Of a stretch of 64,000 nucleotides of DNA, positions 33,863 through 53,654 are shown in pieces (position 1 is the stretch's first letter; the number at the start of each line of letters is the position of its first letter). Under the pieces are notes generated by a model, which was not told where the DNA came from, searched no databases, and was given only the letters and a program-made list of their open reading frames with translations. The position numbers were made by a program, and so were the translations under genes. The DNA is from Hormiphora californensis (taxonomy: Eukaryota; Animalia; Ctenophora): contig CM035358.1 in the NCBI GenBank assembly GCA_020137815.1, positions 3,286,001 through 3,350,000 of the forward strand, read 5' to 3'.

Positions 33863-35089
33863 CTGATACAGTGAGGTTTAGGTGAGAGGATGGAGATTGT
33901 CTAATTCAAGCTATTGTCTTCAATTTATTCAAAAAATTCTTCCCGTAATTCAAAATAGACCCAACTACAGTATGACACTACTCCACCCTTTTCTCAACTT
34001 ACAATGCCCCTTTACTTCTTTATTATTTTAATAAAGGGGGTCGAGAGCGAGTAGTGAACATCAAACTGGGCACGAGGTGCTAAAACGCGTTACTAAAGAG
34101 AGAGGGTGATCAAAAAAAGCAGATCAATTGCTCTTGCACTTCTAGAAGACAATAAAATTTAACCCCCGTCTCATCGCTACTCTCTACAAATTACTAGGTT
34201 TACTAATAATCAGATACAAAAAGGGTTCAAATATAAAAGAATTAAAGAAGGTGAAACCCAAAACCCCCATTTCAATTTTTAAATTGTTCTCAAGAAACCC
34301 GTTCTGTGAGTACGAATGATAGAGTTTTGGGCCCCTGGGTCAACCTTCAAATTAAAAAACTTCAAAGAGTTGAAAGAGATATGAAAAAGGGAAAAAGAGA
34401 GGAGAAGGAAAAGAGAGAAAAGGAGAGGGGAGAGATAGAGAGAGAGGAGAGAGAGAGGAAGAAAGAGAGAGGGGAAGAGAAGAGAGAGGAGAGGAGAGAG
34501 AAGAGAGAAGGGGGGAAAAAAAGGGGGAGAGGGAGAGAAAGGAGAAGAGGAGGAAAGGAGAGAGAGGGGGAAACAAAAAAGAGTCCACTTACCGCCGCCT
34601 ATGGTACACAAATTTCAGTGTAGCCTCAAAGTGTCTCCCTGGAGCAAACCCCACGTATCATGTGACCACCCCCAGAACAAACCCCCCCCTCCTTTTTCTC
34701 TATTCTGGTTTTCTTTTCAAACAAGTGACCCGGAAAAAAGGAGCTAGTGAAGAAGATAGGGAAGAAAAAAAGAGTGAGAAAAGAGGAGAGAATATAGGAA
34801 AGGGGGAAAAAGAGAGGAAAAGGAAAGAAAAGAGGAGAGAAAAGGAGAGAGAGAGAGAGAAAAGGGAAAAAAAAAAATTAAAACTGGAGATTCTTGACAA
34901 AAATTTCGTTAACTTATCATCCCCCCTAACACTAAAAAGGGGTGCAGAAAAATGGATCTCAGGAGATTGAAAAATAAAGGAAAAATGAGATATCTCGTGA
35001 GACATTGAAAAAAAACTGAGACGTAAATTGAGAAAATAAATAAAAACAGAAGAGATAACACACTGCACCCAAAAGTAAAAATCGATCGG

Positions 35090-36550
35090 GAAAAGGGCCC
35101 CCGTTTTGGGCCCTTTAAACTCCCATTAAATTTTTTTAAAAATTAAAGAAAAAGGGGGGGGGGGGGTTTTAAAAAGAAAAAAAAAAAGGGGGGGGGAAAA
35201 AAAAAAAAATTTTTGAGGGGGGGGGGGGGGGGTTTTTTTTGGGGGGAAAAAAAAAAAAGGGGGAAAAGGGGGGGGGGGGCCCCCAAAAAGGGGGGGACCC
35301 CCCAAAAAAAAAAAAGAAAAAAAAAAGGGGGGGAAAAAAAAAATTTTTTCCCCATTTTTTTTTTAAAAAGGGGCCCAGGAAAAATTTGGGGGGGGTTTTT
35401 AAAAAGGGGAAAAAAAAATTTTTTAATTTTTTTAAAAAAAAAAAGGGGGAAAAAGGGGGAAAAAAAAAGGGGGGGGGAAAAAAAAAAAAAAGAAAAAAAG
35501 GGAAAAAAAAAAAAAAAAAAGGGGGGGGGGAAAAAAGAGGGGGGGGGGAAAAAAAAAAAAAATTTTTGGGGGGGGGAAAAAAAAAAAGGGGGCTTAAAAA
35601 AAAAAAAAAAAAAGGAAAAACCCCCCCAAAAAATAATGGGGGGGGGGAAAAAAAAGGGACCAAAAAAAAAAAAAGGAAAAAAAAAATTTTTTTAAAAAAA
35701 AAAAGGAAAAAAAAAAATTAAAAAAAAAAAAAAAGGGGGGGGGGCCCAAAAAAAGGGGGGAAAAAAAAAAAGGACAAAAAAAAATTTTTAAAAAAAAAAA
35801 TTTTTTTAAAAAATAAAAAATTTTTGGTTTTTGGGGGGGGTTTTTGCCCCTTGGGTTTAAAAAAAAAAAAAGGGAAAATTTTTTTTTAAAAAAACCCCTT
35901 TTTTTTTCCCCCCCCCCCCGGGGAAAAAAAACCGGGGGAAAAAAAACCCAAATTTGGGCCCCCCCAAAAAAAACCCCCCCGGGCCCCCCCCCCGGGGGGC
36001 CCCCAAAACCCCCCCCCCTTTTTTTTTTTTTTAAAAAATTTTTTTTTCCCCTTATTTTTTAAAAAAAATTTTTTTTTTTTCCCCTTGTTTTTTTTAAAAA
36101 ACCCCCGAGGGAAAAAAAATTTTTAAATGCCCTTTTTTAAAAAAAAAAAACCCCCCCCCCCCCCCCAAAAAAAATTTTGGGGGGGGGAAAAAAAGGGGGA
36201 AAAAACCCCCGGGGGGGAAAAAACCTTTGAAAAAAAAAAAAAAAAAAGGGGGGGGAAAAAAAAAAAAAAAAAGGGGGGGGGGGAAAAAATTTTTTGGGGT
36301 TTTAAAAAAAAAAAATTTTAAAAACCGGGGGGAAAGGGCCAAAAATGTTTTTAAAAGGGGGAAGGGGGGGGTTTTTTTTTTAAAAAAAGGGGGGAAAAAA
36401 AAAAATTTTTAAATTTTTTAAAAATTTTAATTTTAAAAACCTTTTTAAAAGAAAAAGGGGGAAAAAGGGGTTTTTTTAAAAAAAAAAAAAAAAATTTTTT
36501 TAATTTTTTAAACGGGGGAAAAAAAAAAAAATTTTTTTTTTCCCCTTGGT
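35090..36550. other. Homopolymer-run sequence, probably failed consensus or assembly artefact
   Basis: Almost only A, G, C or T runs. Similar stretches occur at ~1080-1920, 2550-2850, 41100-41900 and 49350-50000. Confidence 0.8.
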
Positions 36551-37295
36551 TAAAACTTCGCCATGTGTTAGTTTCCTACATTCTTCTTCAATTTTAATGG
36601 AAAACAAGTGAAATTTTGAAGGTGACCCCAATATGGCTACCCACAACAAACCTCGTTTGAAAACTGCCTCCTCCCCTCGAAAAGTCTACTATACCGGCCC
36701 CGAGGGATAAAGTTAAACGATTGGCTGTAGTTGAAGATGCTCCTGATGATTCTCGAGACATGACATCTCTCTGCAACCGTTTAACCTGATGGGAGAGAGG
36801 AACTTTTGACAGTCGAGCATGGACTGACAGATGGGGGGGGGGGGAGGTGTCTAGTCAACCATGAAATTGGAAAGGGACCAGGGTAAAGGGGGGGGGGGGT
36901 ATAGGGTGTTACACGGCTGAAGAAAGAGAGGTCTCGATAGATATCCTATGTACATTGAATGTACATTGAATGTACATTGTAGTAAAATGTACAATTTGTA
37001 CATTGCACATGGCCATGAAATCTGGACGTCTCTCCCTTCAGATGGAGACATTGAAAACACAGACTTTGAAAAGGTTAAATAAATTTATATGGTTTCAGCA
37101 CACACAGGATTAAGAAAATCAAATTTCTTCACAATTGTGAAGTTAAAGATATCTCTCTCTTGTGACAGTTCAGTATAGTTTTCAACACAGCTGGGGTTAA
37201 AAGTGTCCATCACAAGGTAGTTATATCGTAGTGACGTCACAAGGTCTCATGACGTCATAATGTGATGATTTGACACGGTGATGGAAGTGGTAGTT

Positions 37296-45789
<8,494 letters not shown>

Positions 45790-45790
45790 T

Positions 45791-46262
45791 ACCTAGATCT
45801 GTGTATAGAGAGTGGTTAGTTAGAGGCATGATCTAGATATATGTATAGAGAGTGGTTAGTTAGAGGCATGATCTAGATCTGTATAGAGAGTGGTTAGTTA
45901 GAGGCATGATCTAGATCTGTGTATAGAGAGTGGTTAGTTAGGGGCATGATCTAGATCTGTATAGAGTGGTTAGTTAGGGGCATGATCTAGATCTGTATAG
46001 AGAGTGGTTAGTTAGAGGCATGATCTAGATCTGTGTATAGAGAGTGGTTAGTTAGGGGCATGATCTAGATCTGTATAGAGAGTGGTTAGTTAGGGGCATG
46101 ATCTAGATCTGTATAGAGTGGTTAGTTAGAGGCATGATCTAGATCTATGTATAGAGAGTGGTTAGTTAGAGGCATGATCTAGATTTATGTATAGAAAGTG
46201 GTTAGTTAGAGGCATGATCTAGATCTGTAAAGAGAGTGGGGCCATGATCTAATTTCTAGATC
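45791..46262. repeat. ~35-39-bp minisatellite directly upstream of the SR start codon (~12 copies)
   Basis: Unit atgatctagatct(gt)gtatagagagtggttagttagaggc. On the sense strand this reads ATGCCTCTAACTAACCACTCTCTATACAGATCTAGATC. Confidence 0.95.
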
Positions 46263-46437
46263 TGTACAAAGTGTCAATTGTTGGTTGGGAATGGGACATG
46301 GGTAATGTAGAAAATGAAACACAAAAGATTAGATAATGGATAAAAACAAAGAAAACACGTATGAAAATGGGGTGGGGGGCGTGACAAGTATATAGTTGTG
46401 ATATATAGCCGGATATTAAAGTACATAAAATAAAGTT

Positions 46438-46552
46438 CAGGAACCGACCGAATTAAGTAAACAACCAATCAGAACTCGTTATTTTAATTTAGGTCACGTG
46501 ACTGGTTATCAGCCAATCAGGGACCAGTATTTCCTGATTCGGTCGGTTCCTG
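46438..46552. mobile_element. 115-bp hAT-like MITE
   Basis: TIRs CAGGAACCGACCGAAT / ATTCGGTCGGTTCCTG. 8-bp TSD ATAAAGTT / ATAAAGAT (7/8 match). Confidence 0.85.
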
Positions 46553-47093
46553 ATAAAGATATTGTGGGCCGGAGACACACACTCTCTTTCCCATCTCTGG
46601 AAGGACACACTTATAACACACACACACACATGCAAATTAAGGGTACAATCAAACACAAAATACACATGTCATGAGAGGGACATGGTAACACACGTTATTA
46701 GGCAACAACAAAGGGTGGGGTCTATCATTCTCTATACGTCTTTTAAAGGGGGGTAAAGATGAATCTTCTTTCTCTCCCAATTTACATATTTTACATTAAT
46801 ATAATAGCTTAAATAATTTAAATCAATTGATTGTGATAATAAATAATCAACAAATACATTTCCGGCTTTTCAAGGTGGCGTGAACTCTTTTCATCTTCTC
46901 ACGTATCATTCAAATATCACTCCCTCTTAGATATCACTCTCTCTTCCTCTCTCACTCTCTCCCTCACACAAAAGTGATAGACACACAGATACAAAGATAG
47001 CTTCTTTTTTCTTTCTCTTTCTCTCACACATACAGCGTACACAAAATGAATCTGATATATATAGTGTTTCGCACACCTAACTGTTCTCTAACG

Positions 47094-48536
47094 TTAGGTA
47101 TGGTCCATGGGTTGTATTGCCGGTATCTTATCCCCAGATCCACCCTCCGCTGAGGGTGATAACTCAGGTTTCAAACTTCCCGACATACTGATAGATCCAC
47201 CTCGAGTACACGACCTCCGTAACCTCCTTCTGTAACCACCATTCTGAAACTCCTTAACACTATCAGGTCTAACTGTCCAATAATGGCCCTTCCCGCTCTC
47301 CGCTCTCCCTGCCTTCATGAAGCAATCGTTCAAGGAGAGATTGTGTCTGATACTGTTCCTCCATCCCTGCCCCTCTAACCGGTAGTAGGGGTATTTATCC
47401 ATGATAAACCGATAAATGTCCCCGAGTAGGAGCCTCTTTGTGTCTGAGTTTAGGATGGCCATAGCGATCATAGCGGGGTAGGAGATGGTGGGTTTCTTGA
47501 AGTTGTTACGTTGTGATGGTGGCAGCGTGTTTGTGTTACTGGACAACACGTCCTCTAGCTCCAGGGCTAGTTTATCTTTAGCACCTGAGGGAGGGGGTTG
47601 GAAATAAATAAATTTAGCACCTGAGAAATGGGTGGGTTGAAAATAAACATATTAGTAGTATTATTCAGCCTTGAGAGTTCAGGATATCAAACTTATTGTC
47701 AGTACTTGAAATCAGAATAGCAAATATTATATCTTACCACCGAATGTTATGATAGCATCATCATTAGACCCGCCTCCCCCTCCATCCCCTCTCCTAGCCT
47801 CCTCCTCAGCCCGTCCCATAGCCCCCAATTCCAACTGGTTAGTCAGTAGAGTGATCTGGGTCGAACTAAGCCCCTGGAGTATCTCAGCTCCATTCAACTC
47901 CCCATCAGCACTAATCTTCTGCAACTTCTCCAATATATCCTCCGCTGATAGACTCCCTGTTGTATCCTGTTTATCCTGATCTCCCACCACGATTTGCTGG
48001 TGTGTGGGTGACACTGCAGTGGTTGGGGGAGTGATGTTGAGGATCTCGCTGGATATCTGGAGGACATCATTCAGCTCGTTGGTGTACTCAGAAAATGAAG
48101 CAATGATAGATGACGGTGAGGTGGTTGTGGGGACTGTGGTTGTTGTGACTGGAGGTGATGTTGTGTGTTGTACAGTGGGTGGTGGTGGTGGTGGTGGTGA
48201 TGGTTCCGGTGGTTTTGGGACGGTGTAGTTTGGTGACAAGTTGATTATCTGAGCTTGTTGCTGTTGCTCCTGTTTCTGGATTTCCTTCATTTGGGCTTGT
48301 TGTGCTTTGTGTATTTGTCGTTGCATGGTGCTGGGCCGTTTTGTTCTACCCTTAGGAGGAGGGTCCGCTGCTGCTGTGTTCAGAGAGGATGGGTTGGGGT
48401 GGAGGTTGTTTGAGTAGAGTTGGAGGAGAGATTCACCCAGGGCTTGGGATGATAAGTCAGGGAGGTCCGTGCATTTTGGAGCTGAGGGAAGAGGGGGTTG
48501 TGTTGGCACGTTATTGTCATTGCGCTGCTTTGTCAT
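47094..48536 (-). CDS. FoxQ2: Forkhead transcription factor, FoxQ2-like (2 exons, ~429 aa)
   Basis: Exons 48536-47738 and 47584-47094 (phase 1). Forkhead domain KPTISYPAMIAMAILNS..LLLGDIYRFIM..WRNSIRHNLSLNDCFMKAGRAESGKGHYW..F.NGGYRRR. The KAGR..GKGHYW and G.(F/Y)RRR motifs are FoxQ2-type. Confidence 0.8.
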
Positions 48537-48909
48537 CGTTGGTTGTCAGTTTCAGCAGTCCTCATTTGTCAGTTGTTGTCGATATTTTGGGCAGTTTGCC
48601 TGTAGTTTGTCATATTTCCTATCTCTCTCTCTCCCTGTCAAATGTCAATGTCCCCTCTGTCCAGTCAGGTCCATCAGTCAGGTACCTCTATTCCAATTAT
48701 TAAAGATAACATCTGCAGTTCTGACAGTGTTACTACAGGCAGTTAGTAATGTTCTAAGGTTGTCAGAGGGCAACACTGCTTGATGTGTATCCAGAATGGC
48801 CTCCTCAAGTAGGCTTGCGTGAGGCTTAAAACCATCATAGTACAGCTGACTGTAGGGGGAGAGGGTTGTAAGGAATTGGGGTCACTATTGGTATATCGGA
48901 GTAGTAAGA

Positions 48910-49048
48910 AGGGAACAGGGTTAAGATTGATTGGTGGGGGGCAGCGAACAGGGTTAAGATTGATTGGGGGCAGCGAACAGGGTTAAGATTGATTGGGGAC
49001 CGGGCAGTGAACAGGGTTAAGATTGATTGGGGGGGGGGGACAGCGAAC
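48910..49048. repeat. ~29-35-bp tandem repeat (GAACAGGGTTAAGATTGATTGG..) x4
   Basis: Read directly. It lies upstream of the Fox coding region. Confidence 0.85.
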
Positions 49049-49866
49049 CTGATAATAAGCTGATAAAGAAACTGCTTTTCACTTGCTGCCGTCATCTCTC
49101 ATTGAAGAGCTAAAACACAGCGATAATATTAGTATGGGGAACATATCCCAATGTGCAATAACGAAAGCAGCAAAACCCTTATAAAAGTTACTGGGCATCA
49201 ATACGATGGAGAAGGAAAGAAAGGAATGTATGAATGTTGCAACAACAATCACAAAACAATCCCCCTACTGCTGCATTGTAACTTGACCCGTGTCACAGTA
49301 TTCTCTTTGTCTCTTGACTCCCTCTCTCTCTCACTCCTTTTCGTTTGAGGGTTTTTTTTGGTTCGATTTTAAAATTTTTTTTTGTTCACTGCCAAATGGT
49401 TTTATGGGTTTTTTTCATTCAATCTTTTTTTTTTTAAAACCTTTCCTTTTCTAATTTTAAAGACCCCCCCTTTTTTAAATGTTTTTACCAAACCCCCCAA
49501 AAAAAAAAATAAAGAAAAAAAGTTGAGGGGAAGTAAAAAAACATTTTGTACCGCAAAATGTAATTAAAACTTAAAAAAGGGATTCCCAAAAAAAGGGAAA
49601 AAGGGGGGGAAAAAGGGAAAAAAGGGGGGAAAAAAAGGGGGGAAAAAAAGGGAAAAGAAAAAAAAGGAAAAAAGGGGAAAAGGGGGAAAAAAAAGATTTT
49701 TTGGGGGGGGGAAAAAAAAAGGGGGAAAAAAAGGAAAGGAAAGGGGGAAAGGGGGAAAGGGGGGAAAAGGAAAAAAATTTAGTTTAAAAAGGGGGGAAAA
49801 AATCGAAGGGGGAACAAAAGGAAAAACAGTTTTTGGGGGGGGCCCCCCCCCCGGGGGGGGGGGGGG

Positions 49867-49918
<52 letters not shown>

Positions 49919-50272
49919 CCCCCCAACCCCAAAAAAAAAAAATTAAAAAAATTTTTTAAAAAAAAAAAAAAAGGGGGAACCCCGGGGGTTTTAAAAAAAA
50001 TAAGATATGAGAGAGAGAGAGAGAGAGAATAACCAGAAGCACCCGCCAAACAGAACCCGTACACGCACTCCTTCTCCCTCACACTGAACAGTGAACACTC
50101 CCGATTTCTTTACCTTGATCTTGTGCAATGCAATATATATCTCTCTTCCCTCCTCTCTCTCTTCTCTGAGGTAAAACAAAGAAAGTAAACTAGGAAATCC
50201 ATAGAAAGCTAGTACTAATGGAGAGAGATCAGGAGGAGAGAGAGAAGAGAGAGAGGGAGAGAGAGAGAGAGT

Positions 50273-50315
<43 letters not shown>

Positions 50316-51003
50316 AAAAGAGACATTTTGTACTAGATGGATGCTTGTGAAATGGACAGAAAAAGTAAAAGGTTGTTTCTTTGAATGAAACAAATAATTA
50401 AAAAAAATGTGTTGGACTTTTTTACGTCAGGTAGATAGATAGAGGGAGAAAAAGGAAAGCGAAAGAGAAAGAAAAGGTAATTATAGAGAGGGTGAGAATA
50501 CTCTATTCACGTGTAAGATACAAGGTGGTATATCTCGTGTAACTAATTGGTCCAATCAACTTTTACACCCACACTGCACTGTTTTAGCACACCTGTAGTT
50601 TCCATGCAAAATAACTGAAGCAAATTTGGAGATAAGTTTGATCAGCCAAAACAAACTGACAGCAGTAGGAAAGATAATACACGTTGTTCTCCTTTCTATC
50701 GGTTAACCTGCCACAGAGTCATACAGGAACCTAAAGAGTGGTTGAGAGGTTAGAGGGTGGTTAGAGGGGGGTTAAGGGACAGGGTGAGAGGTTTGAGGGA
50801 GGGTGGGAGGAAAGGGGGACAGGGTGAAACGAATTGGTGGGTTTAAGAAAAGGAAATCAATAAAACAACTCAACACTTTGTATATTTCTTTTTTTTCTCT
50901 TTTTTTATCGTTAAAAATTGAGGAAAACATGTCAGATAACATCACTGCAAATACAGTCTCTCCCACTCCCATCAAAATGTTCATTCAACACCCATTCAGA
51001 GTT

Positions 51004-52797
51004 TTAGGCACTCAGGAAAAAGTTGGCAGGGATCTGTCCTGCATTTTTCATCTCAGCAAACTTTGCCAGAGCCTGATTATAGTCTCCTTGAGCGGCGGTT
51101 AGAAGCTGAATACAAGCCTCTCTGGTCATCTTGGTTGCAGCTCCCACCCTACCAATTAGTGCCTCTTGTTCGGGAGTGTATCCAGGGGTAGGAGCGGCAA
51201 CTCCACTTGTCGAGGGTGCGGCAGTACCAGGAACTGATTCGATCTTCTTGATAAGATCATTGTCAGTCCTAATAACCGATAACTGGTCGTTAGTGATGAG
51301 ATAGGAGCTGGTCTCAGGAACCGGACACAGTATGAAGGTACGGGAGAAGGACCGATATTCTGTGTTACAATCCATCACACCGGTCAGGACAGCTGTAACA
51401 AAGTTATCCTCCAGAGTCGAGGTATCAATACACAGAGAGTGGGAAATGTGTTTTGTATCTCCCATCTCATTCACCTCACTGACGACCTTGTCTCGACCAA
51501 CAATCAGCCGGGATTCCCTCAGTTCAGCCTTTGTGACATGTCTGAAATTCCTGTTTTTCTTGCTCAGCTCCAGCGGCATTTTGATTGGGAATTTTGGTTT
51601 TCCCTCATTACCAGACCGAGTCCTCCAGGAACATGCGATGAGAGAAAAGACATTTCTCGTGGTATGCATGGACTAGATTCGCCCTGTTTCCCTTCCCTGC
51701 ATCGTGTATCTCAATGTACTTGAGGAAGAACCTCTCAAGGGCTTGTCGAGGCAGTGAATCCAGTAGGATGGTTGATTGTTTTGTGGCGGGTAACTTCACC
51801 TCATCTTCCTCGTCTTCAAAGGTAATCTTCTCAGGAAGGGGTAGATCATCCAGGTGGATTAGTTTGGGGAAGAGGCGTCGGATACCTGCTATGTACTTAG
51901 CTTCCTCCATCAACTTCTTCGCAGGGTTCTCTTCAGTGACAGGTGAGTGAGGTTAGGACAGTTTTCTGACAGGGCCTTCAGGTCACTTTCAGAGTTCATC
52001 ACGTTGTACTCGAACGAAACCCGGGTTACATTCTTTGCAGCTGATAGGATGGATCTGATACAACCAGTGTGTTTCAACATGTTTCTAGAGAAATCTATCT
52101 CCTCCAGACTATCGGCACACTTCTCTTTGATCAGCTCTCCGATAACATTAGATATGACAAACAGTTGGGCCCGGATACCAATGAGATCCTTATCTCTGTT
52201 GAACTCAGATAGGTCGAGTTTTTTATCCACCACACTGTATCGGCCCTCCAGAACAGTGCAAATCTTTGCTTTTAGTTCATCCCCTGATAGTTCAGACTCC
52301 GGTCCTTGACTTGGTCTGGCGAAAAGGTTGATCGTGTGGTCTTTTAGTGTGAGTTTTCCGGACTGCTTCATTATCGCATCTTTAGCACGGTGATTCTTGA
52401 CCCAGAAAACCAGTTTGTTCTTTTCCAGCTTGATATTCTTGGGATCGATATTCTCGTTAGTTGTCTGATCGAGCATTCGGAAGAAATGGGTTTGGTCGAA
52501 CTTTTGAGCATCGTGTACAACTATCTTCCACCAAGCCGAATTGTTCCCAAACTTCCCCTTGTTCCCTCCAGGACGACGATGGTAGCCGGGGTTGTATCGG
52601 GGTCTGCTCTGGTAACCTGAGGGTCCTCCACCTCCCATATCAGCATCACCATCTCTATCCGTGTTACCTCCTCGCATACTCCTGTTCCGCTGAACTTGTT
52701 TAGGATTTGAACTGGGCCATGACTTTCTGTTCCCCCCGTTTCCCCCAGCTGGAGCACCAAGTCTGTTCTTGTCGAATCCTGGACGGTCTGAATACAT
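51004..52797 (-). CDS. NXF1: Nuclear RNA export factor 1 (TAP): RG-rich N-terminus, RRM, LRR, NTF2-like and UBA domains; intronless, two apparent frameshifts
   Basis: Three consecutive ORFs give WWKIVV (RRM), LDLSEF..EEIDFSRN (LRR), IRRLFPKLIHLD, AYH..FS, RSFSRTF..ITNDQL (NTF2) and TKMT..L....DYNQAL..F....QIP (TAP-C). Single indels near 51930 and 51640 are probably consensus errors. Confidence 0.9.
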
Positions 52798-52804
52798 GTT
52801 TCCT

Positions 52805-53648
52805 GGAACAAAGTGAGTTTTATGTTAGTCTCATATCAATTAAACAGTTAAAAACGAAAGAAGTTGCTGGCTGTTTTGAAGTGCTCGGTTGCTCACAGCT
52901 CAACGAACGAGTTTTTTGCAATAAATGTGATTCAAGTCATAAAATTATTGACGTGTGAAGATCTACTCATACTCATGACAAATTCAGGCAACAGAATAGC
53001 CTGAGACGGCGGTCTTTGAGGTTCTCGGGCGGGGGACAAGAAAAATTTAAAAATTTAAAAGTTTCGAGAAAAAAAAACAACGCAGGTTTTTGGTTCAAAA
53101 AGCTCTTTTGGCGTGCGCTGCAATCTCTAAGTGCGCGCGTTTCATTGCGCGTGCAGCTTTTGACAAAAAACGAGTTTCCAAATTTTGCGTTTTACACACC
53201 AGTTAAAGTGCGTTTCAAACGACTTGACCTGGGATTCCTGGAAATTCAGGATTTCCCCTTTGTAAATACACGCGCGATGCGCCGAATTCCAAGAATTACG
53301 GGTCAAGTCGCTTGAAACGGACTTTACACCAGCGTCCCCCTGATATCAGGGGGACGCTCCCTGATATCAGGGCACGGCGCGTTCCTGCATGCCCGGCCAT
53401 CATGTGCAGATGGTTCTGTGGGAACCATGTGACACTGCTGCGCGTGACGTAAATTGTATGGAAAGTGGAGCTAACGCGCACGTCAGCACTCACTTGCTTG
53501 CCGACCTTGGCAACTGCCGAGCGTGGGAACTGATGCCTGGGAATCTCTAACTGGTGCCTTAAAAAAAACTTTTTTACAGTTAACGATTTTTGCCGTTTTG
53601 TCTTTTGCTGCACTTAATTCTCATAAACAGCTAATTCTGGACTATTTT
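52805..53648. promoter_or_regulatory. Putative bidirectional promoter between NXF1 and LRGUK
   Basis: The start codons are head-to-head and ~860 bp apart, and the region is CpG-rich. It has twin palindromes CCCTGATATCAGGG (~53338, 53359) and an RFX-like half site CCTTGGCAAC at 53505-53514. Confidence 0.5.
53204..53326. mobile_element. 123-bp MITE-like element
   Basis: 26-bp TIRs TAAAGTGCGTTTCAAACGACTTGACC / GGTCAAGTCGCTTGAAACGGACTTTA (24/26). Flanks CACCAGT / CACCAGC may be a 7-bp TSD. Confidence 0.65.
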
Positions 53649-53654
53649 AGGACG

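Noticed and set aside
35143-36412. K/G/F/P-rich ORFs (also 1034-1630, 41023-41935, 49382-50082)
   Set aside because: They arise from homopolymer-run sequence typical of failed consensus, with no credible protein signal.
32240-36790. Possible + strand multi-exon gene (coding-like pieces at ~32250-32420, 32590-32760, 36600-36790)
   Set aside because: There are too many indels to build a model or name a product; unresolved rather than disproved.
53523-53654. Hydrophobic N-terminal extension of the LRGUK ORF
   Set aside because: It starts at GTG and lies upstream of a clear acceptor (ttttag at 53650); the real start is probably ATG 53655.
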